From assembly GCF_009914755.1 (NCBI RefSeq), contig NC_060939.1: a stretch of DNA of 64,000 nt; one strand, 5' to 3'. The position numbers and the translations under genes are program-made. The DNA is from the human T2T-CHM13v2.0 reference genome, Homo sapiens. Below the pieces are notes generated by a model, which worked only from the letters and a program-made list of their open reading frames with translations, searched no databases and was not told the origin of the DNA. Of the stretch, positions 55,626 through 64,000 are shown one piece after another; the stretch's first letter is position 1, and the number at the start of each line of letters is the position of its first letter.

Positions 55626-58600
55626 GTGAACTGGTTTTCGTGGCACCACTTGCCTCCCTCCCTCGGACATGCCACCTTCCCCTTGACCTCACTATGCACA
55701 CATGCAGGTGCCACAGGGCCATGGGCTTTATGGATACCAAAAAAGCTTGCTGACTCAAATGATCTCTTCTGTGAATGCCTGAAACTCCACCACTGGCTGT
55801 CCCTTCTTTTGAGGCTACCCTCACTCTGGATGGTCTGCAATTTTATCAGAAGGAAGCTTACAAAATACCTTTCTTCTGGCCAGGTTGGGCCCTGGATAGG
55901 GCTATGGAAAGTGAGTGAAAGGAATGGAGAGAAACTTCTCCCATTCTACTATTTTCTGGGTGGCGTATCCTCTCTTGCCTTCTCTGTGTCCTCCCTAACA
56001 GTTCGTACCTGGGGTCAGACACCCCAAACTAGTCAGTGTAGGAGCTTGGCAGCCTAGGCCTGTCTATCTCCAATACTCAGCAGTTCTCCTGGAAGGAGGG
56101 AGGGAGGACCACGGGGAGTCTCCGTATCTCTGAATCTACAAGGATTCCTGGAGGCTCGGGGGTGAGGGTAATGAGGGGTGTGTGTGCTGCAGAGAGTTGA
56201 GCGACAGCCACACACAGGGATGGATCTGCTGGCCTCATGGGAGAAGCCTCTCTCTGGATCAGTGGAATAAGCCAATTTGTGCCCCAACCACTTTCCCCGC
56301 CCCGAGGAAAGAATCAGCAGGCTTTGTGTAAAGGGATTAAGGCATTAGCCTGCTCAGCAGGGAGAAGGGCTCTTGACTCTGTGGCAGTGTGGCCACGTTT
56401 CCATGTGTCCATGTGTCCATGTGGGCTGCTGTAGGCCCTGGCTCACTGGTCCCAGGACCTGTGGCTAAAAGGAGGCATTGCTGGAGGCCTCTCTTGAGAG
56501 GTGGGTACTTGGGCCATGCTGCCTATGCCCTCCTCAGGTCCCAAGAAGGAGCACTTCCAAGGGGTGCTGAGTCGGGGGAGGTGGGCAGGAAAAGATGCCA
56601 GGGAAAGTTCTGAGCCCAGGTAGGAGTGACAGTGATGTGTGGTGGAGATCCTACAGCCAAACGAGGAGCAGTTAACAATGCCACTTCAAAAACAGCGCCT
56701 GAGGCTCAGAAAGAAGGTGTATCTTGCCAACCATCACACAGCAAGTCACCAGCAGAGCTGAGACCAGAACCCAAGCTCCTGGTCCAGGGCTCAGTCATTG
56801 ATTGTTCCAGCCACACGTGGCTGGTGCCAGGGGCCCGTCCGGTCTACTCCCTGCGGTGACTCTTTCTCCTGCCTCCCAACTCCAGAAAAGGATCCTGCTG
56901 GGGAGCCTGGGGTGAGATCCCAAGAGCCTTTCCGTGTGGACGTGGACATAGTGGGGTAGGTCGAGAGACCAAAGCAGGATTCTAACAGGCCTGGACATAT
57001 GTCATGGGCCATCAAGACCATCTGCATGAAGGTCTTTTGCTACAGAAGTGAGGTGGCTTTTTGCAGCTGCTCAGGAGAACAATCTGGCGTAGAAGTGGGA
57101 AGGTAAGTCTGGGTCTTTCTGGAGTACGATTGGCCCTTGACCAGTCTCAGGGACGTGTGTCCAGGCCCTGTGAGGAGAGGGACCACAGGCAGAAGGGGCA
57201 GGAGTGTTGGAGCCAGCCAATGGAGCTTTGAGTCCTAGGTGGGGTGTGGTTCCCAGTGGAGGCCTTCCCCCATCTTCTCAGAACCCAGCATGGCTTCAGC
57301 ACTGTGTGGATGACAGGGAGCTGACTTTGTAACTTTGGAGGAGATTGGGAAACAAGGCCCTTTGGGCAGAGGACATCACAAGGGGCCCAGAGATGGAGAG
57401 GAACAAATCCTGCGGCTCTGCCTGCTCCCTGTCCCCTGCACTTCACTTCCCCTCACCTGCCCAAAGACAGGTCCAAGCTAGAGGCCTGGTCAGGCCCTGG
57501 AGAAAAGCTGGGGGGTTCGGGAGGAGAGGGTGGAGCAAGATTGGCCCACACTACATTGCCTTCCCCGCATCCTCGCTTGCACCTGCCAGGGCCTGCATGA
57601 GCCTCCTCAAGGGCCTGGGCTCAGGACCCCAGAGCCAGCAAGGAGCCCTGCGCTCCATTTCTGTGTGGCTGGCCTGAGAAAGGCCTCTGTCTCCTCCGCT
57701 GTAAAATGGCATGTGGAGGGGGAGAGGGAGGCCAGGACTACGCCCACGTGGGTCCCTCCTCATAGACCCAGCCTGCCTTCCCAGCTCGAGCCCCTGAGAC
57801 AGCCCCCATTCGTCTCCCCTTTTCAGCGGACCACCTCGTTCCACGTTCTAAGATCAAACTCTTGGTACTTGGGAAGGACCTTAGAAAGCAGCTGATGTGC
57901 CGTGTCTGTTGTTCAGATGGGGACAGTGAAGCACAGGGAGGTTTGGCCTTGCCCCTCTAGGGAGTCTGTAGCAGCGCTAAGACCAGGGCCCTGTGCTCTG
58001 GTGTCAGGCCTGCTCTCCCCTACCCCTTGGCGCTTCTGAGCAGGAGGCAGACAGCATTTTCTCTGATCTGAGCAGGGGGCGTGGGGGTGGAGGTGGCTGC
58101 CTCCTCCCTCAGGGGCCCCAGGCTAGTCCAGACAGGCTCGGCAGGAATCTGCTCTGGTTGGAGCCGCCTCCCTGAGGGCTGCCCCAGGCGGGGCCCGGGG
58201 CCTCGAGGTCCTGGGGACGTGCTTTCTGTTTACTTTCTGCCGGGCTTCCACAGCGTTGTGGTTTCCACTTGGAAGGGCTGCAGTGGGAACTGAGGGGCCT
58301 GCTCCGGGGGCTGAGCTGCATCTGTGGGAAAGCCCTGCAGCCGCTCTGCTGCTGAAAGTTTGGAATTCAGCAGACCCCATCCCTGAATTCCCATGCGGTG
58401 GGCTCAGCCCTGGCTCTTCCAGCTACTGGCTCTACCCGGGCCAGTTTAGAGTGAGAGGGTGGCCAGATCCTCCTGGGGGTGAGTCAGAGAGATCTTCCCA
58501 TTTAGAGAGGATCATCACCTATTTCACAAACAGGGAAACTGAGGGAGGAGAGGGGCAGGAACTTGTCCAAGGCCACTCCTCGTCCATGGCAGAGCTGGGA

Positions 58601-60079
58601 CTGGAACGAGGCCACCTGGTTCCCAGCCCAACTTGAAATCCCCTCATCCCTTTGGGCTTCTCTGGGGTAGGGTGGACACTCCGGGATTCCTGAAGCCCTT
58701 AGTTTCCCATGACTTCCCTCTGGGCTGGGGCATGGTGTGTATCCTGGAAGGGGCCTGGCCTTCCCCACTGTGCCCTGGCCACGACCCCGGCCCTGGGCAG
58801 AAGGGAAGCTGGGAAGAGGCTGCCCTCTGCTCTTGTTCTCCCTGGGGTCTCCTTGGCCTGTCTGCTGGGGGAGCCCCCCCAGTCCCTGAGAATGTGACCC
58901 GCTGCTGAGAGGCCTATAAGTCTCCTCCCCATGCGGGCTCTGCAGTGCCCAGGTCTGGGAACCAGAACTTGGATTTGAATTCCAGTTCCTCTGTCTATTG
59001 GCTGAGGGACCTGAATTTCCTAGTCTTTAAAACAGACGTATACCACTCCCCGCCTTACAGAGGATAATGGGAGTGAAGTGCCAGGTGAGCTGTGAGGGGC
59101 TCAGCCTACACACTAGACTTGAGGCCATTGGCCACCGGCCTGCTCACAGCAACAGCTAGGAAGGGGCTGAAGTCCCATCTTGCCTAGACAGGCCTGCCAC
59201 CACTAGGGCTGTGGCAGAGGCCCCCAGAAGGTGGGGAGGAGGGCGGTGACAGTGCCAAGCCCTCCCTGCAGAGTTCTTGCCTTCTCTGGGGAGCGCCGAG
59301 GCAGTGTGCTGGGGTGCGGGTGGCCTGGTGGGTGGCCCCACTTTGTAAGGCCCATCTTATTCTGTGCTCTCTGTGAGGGGAGCTGATAATTGAGCCATTT
59401 CTCAGGGAGATGACCCTGATTTTTATGAATCTGCAGGACGAAGGAAGCAGCGCTGTCCTGCTGGGGAGACTGTGAGAAGGAGGAGATGAAGGGGAAGTTG
59501 CTTATCTTCCCAGTCTTTCCACTTGGGAGACTGTTTGGCGTGTGACGAGGGAGGAGAAGCCAATTTGAAGCCTCTTGGAGGAGGAGGTCTCTGCTGTTGC
59601 TGTCCCTGGCACAGCCTTGCCCCTCATCCTCTCTGGCCACCTGCCTCCTTAATCCATTTAACGCCTCTTCATCGCTGTTTTTTTTTTTTTTTAATACTTT
59701 TCCTGAGCTGGGGCCCCCAGGGCCTCCTTGATGGCGAATGGTCTCGGCAGCCCCTGGGCTGTTCCTGGGAAGGGACAGGCTTCAAGGTCAGGCTGCTGCT
59801 GGCTGACCTTGAAAGCTTCCGCAGGCAAGCCCCTGACATGCCTCCACTCTCCAAGCTCAGCGAGCTCCATCACATTAAAAAGCTGTTAAAAGCGCCCGTC
59901 TGGTTGGCTGCCTCTGAGGCTCTGCGGCCGGTGGTGGGGAAGGCAGCCTCAGTTCAGGGATGAGCTCCGCTAGAGGCGCGGGTCTGCCCTGGGGACCTAG
60001 GCCTGGGAACCGCCTGGCAGTTGCCCACCCCTCCATTCTTACTTGAGGGAAGGCAGTGGGAGGATGACACTTATCCTGA

Positions 60080-60230
60080 GCCACACAGTAGCCTAAGTGC
60101 TTTTAGATGGGTGAGCTCACTTCATCTTTACAGCCGCCCTGTAAAGTAGGGCTATTAGGAACCCCATGTTGCAGTTGGGCTCAGGAAGGTTAAGACACTT
60201 CTCTAGGGTCACACAGCGAGTAAACAGATG
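60080..60230 (-). mobile_element. MIR
   Basis: catctttacagccgccctgtaaagtagg...ggttaagacacttctctagggtcacacagcgagtaa. Confidence 0.7.
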
Positions 60231-60949
60231 AGGAGACCCTCAGCCCCTGAACTCACTGGCTCGGGCCTCACCCGAAGGGTTCTCAGTGTCCACCTACCCA
60301 CTCTGCACATCGTGCCCGGTGTGGGCCTCACCTGTGGTGGCCTTCTCTGGGCCGTGGCTTGCCCTGCACTCATGGGCACAGAAAGCTTCTCCCCTCTGGA
60401 GATGACCGGGGCTTTGGCCTCGGTTGCTGTGTGGCCATGGACAAGCCCTTGGGCCTGCCTTTCCTCAGGTCAGGAGTCTGGGAGGGGTGTGGAGAGTAGC
60501 GGGTGGTTATGGCTGGGCTTCAGGGCTCTTTATTCAATTCGAAATAAACCTAGCTGTAGGCTTCCATGGTGGCTTCATAGGCCTCCCCAGGCCTTTTGTT
60601 TGCCTGCTAATGGTTTCTAGTGCCCCTGCAGGGCCTGGCAGGTTCAAAGCTCACTCAGACTAGCAGCTAGCAGACTCCTAGGCTGGGGAAGGCTATGGAC
60701 CTTCCTCCTTCACCCAGCCTGGCCCAGTCTCCCTGGGGACACACCACAAGCATGAGGTGGGGTAGGGGCAGCATGGGGTGGCACAGGGTGAGGGTAGGAG
60801 AGGTGGAGGAAGAAGACTCCTCCCAGGGGAGGTGAGAGGGCTGGATGCCCCCACTCCCACTCTGCTTCTGGTTGTGATGAGCCCCATGTGACTCCATCAT
60901 TTGTGAGACCTTCAGATTTGCCCAGGAAGGCCCATCTGCCCATGGGCAA

Positions 60950-61810
<861 letters not shown>

Positions 61811-63229
61811 GGTTTCAGTACATCTTAAAGCAAAGTATCTGTAACATTTGTCTCTTTAGGGACCAGAGAATGGGGCGTTGGAAGACCTAGGTTGGAGCCT
61901 CACCTCTGCCCTATCTTCGCTGTGTGACCTTGAGCAGGTCACTCTAACTCTTGCCGCCTCAGCTTCCTAACAGCGCCCCTGCCCGGCCTCTCTTGCAGGC
62001 CCACAGAATGAAAAGAGAGGAGTTCCAGGAAAGGGTTTGGCAGATGGCATCCCTGCAGGACTGCCTCGCGGCGCTCTGCCCCATCCAGCCCCTACGTACT
62101 GGCCATGTGACCTCAATGTTTGATGGACTCACTTGGCCTCTCTGAGGCTCGCTTTCTCCATCTCTAAAATGGAGGATGAAGCAGGTTCAGCCCCACGGGC
62201 AGGCAGCACTATGCCAGGGACATGGCGAGCCCTCTGGAAAAGTTCACCTGATCCAGACGTTGCTGGGTCAACGGGAAGGAATGACTTTCACTCCTCTGCT
62301 TCAAACCACCAGACTGTCCTTGGCCCTCCCTAATGAAGGAGCAGAGAACAGCAGAGTGGGCAGGGACCTTGGAGGTCAGCAGGGTGGCTGCTCAGCCCAG
62401 AGGCAACCGGGAGCTCGTCCCAGGGTGTGACAATTCAGTCAGCCCTTTACTGAACACTCGGCTTTAAACCGCCTCATGCCTGGCATGAGGAAGGCACCGT
62501 GCTGGAGGGTTTCACCACGGTTCTCTGTGTGTCTCCGGGGAGCTCACTGTCCTGTCTGAGGCCCGTCCGGGGTCCGGACAGTGGAGCTTTCAGGTTCGTG
62601 CGCACCCTCTGCCTGCCTCTTCTCCCTGTCAGTAAGGACGTGGGTGTGGCTGGGAGGCAGATCCTGGGTGGAGAACGGAGCTCCTGGTTCTGAACAGTTT
62701 GAGGGTCTGGAAGTCCTTTAAGAAGATGGTGAAAACTATGGACCTTCTCCCCAAAGAGAAGCACACATCCACATCCAGAGGCAAAAACCCCATCGCTCAG
62801 AACCCCGTGGATGAGGCAGTCATTATCCAGTGGTGCTGTCACTATGGCTGGGGCTGGCCTTGATCTCTGTTGCTGGATTCCACATGTTCATTCTCTCTGG
62901 CCACATTATCAGATCTCTAGCTCCAACATCCTGTGTGATACCAGGATGGCCATTGCCATGATCTTGTCCACGGGTCCACTTTCAGCAGCTGGGCCCTGGA
63001 GGGCAGCACACAGCTCATGATTGGGTTGGAGATGGGGGAGTCAGGGGCAGATGGTGGGAGCGTCCCCAGCCCTGCCTCTCTTAGGACCCTCCTGGGACTC
63101 AGGTACATAGGGTCCCTGAGAAAGACCCAGTTTGATGAGACAGGCAGGAGGAATAAGGAAGAGTGTAGTTTAAGAAAGTTTTCTCCAGCTCTGGTTCATG
63201 CATCCGTCCTGAAAGAAGGCAGGGAAAGG

Positions 63230-63350
63230 ATTATTCACCCATTTCACAGATGAAGAAATTGAGGCTTGGAGAGGTCACGGAGCACACAGAGCAAAGAAGT
63301 CAAAACCAGGATTTGAATCTACTCTGATTACCTCCAGAGCCCATGTCTTG
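63230..63350 (-). mobile_element. MIR
   Basis: cccatttcacagatgaagaaattgaggcttggagaggt...ccaggatttgaatc. Confidence 0.75.
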
Positions 63351-63504
63351 TCCCAATGGATGGAAAATTCTTAACTATTTAACTCAATATTGAGCAGCTA
63401 CTGTCTACAGAATTCTGTGCCAGACAGCTTGGGAGACACAGACCTACAGGGAGATATAGTTCCCACTGGAAGCACCCAGGGCAGTAATAATTATCGTCAT
63501 AACA

Positions 63505-63720
63505 AAGGAATAATAATAGCTAACATTTTGGAGCGCTTACTAGGGACCAGCATTATGCTACAAAGTTTTCATGGATTATCTCATTTAAGCTCTCAAATAT
63601 TTTGGGGTGTAAATAACAGTATGCCCACAATTTTTGTTTGTTGTTGGTGTTCAGAAGTGTATATCCATTTTTGAGAATGGAGGCTCAGCGAGATTAGGAG
63701 CCTTGCTCTCAGCGAGGGAG
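63505..63720 (-). mobile_element. MIR
   Basis: ataatagctaacattttggagcgcttac...catggattatctcatttaa. Confidence 0.65.
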
Positions 63721-64000
63721 GAATTCTGGCTGCGACTCTGTCCCTTACTACCTGGGCATCACCTCTGTCAAACCTGGACAGGTGCCACTTAGACCTGGCT
63801 GAGGTTGGCTGAGGCGGGGAGGATGGGGAGGTTGTGGGTAGGCAGCACCTATTCATACCCACAGTCCAGGGACTGTTCCAGAAGAATCGTATTCCCTGTG
63901 CCCTTGCCGCCTCTGAGCCTTGGTGTCCCAGCCTTTCGATCCTCTCACTTCTGATGTCCTTGAGCCATAATCTGAGCCATTCTCTAGGATAAGGAGATGC

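Noticed and set aside
58069-58082. Other CTCF-like strings (also ~45541, ~58820, ~62992)
   Set aside because: They mismatch high-information core positions and are much weaker than the 27771 site.
57400-60700. CpG-island promoter in the GC-rich distal block
   Set aside because: GC-rich but CpGs are sparse by eye; no island-like density or clear core promoter.

Overview
This is primate, almost certainly human, genomic DNA; no prokaryotic, viral or CRISPR content was seen. Bases 1 to ~16.4 kb hold the 3' half of HMG20A (iBRAF, an HMG-box/coiled-coil subunit of LSD1-CoREST/PHF14 complexes; human 15q24) on the + strand. Five coding exons (133, 32, 76, 216 and 137 coding nt, 594 nt in total, giving the C-terminal 197 aa plus stop) splice in frame at canonical GT-AG sites. 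A 3.6-kb intron starts 6 nt after the stop codon, and a ~2.6-kb untranslated last exon ends at ATTAAA signals. The remaining ~47 kb is intergenic: about 30 Alu-family elements, L1M, L2, MIR, MaLR/ERVL LTRs and hAT MITEs, with a shift from AT-rich to GC-rich sequence near 26.4 kb. Apart from HMG20A, the supplied ORFs are repeat-derived or chance. I found no convincing new biological system. The best second-look items are: a frame-symmetric coiled-coil exon with a weak acceptor; a candidate alternative last exon; an inverted Alu pair just past the polyA site; a strong CTCF motif near the compositional boundary; a candidate spliced non-coding exon at ~56.9-57.1 kb; and several short local duplications or templated insertions (57-bp and 26-bp dispersed copies, a fold-back insertion inside an Alu). 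Repeat boundaries and subfamilies were called by eye and are approximate.
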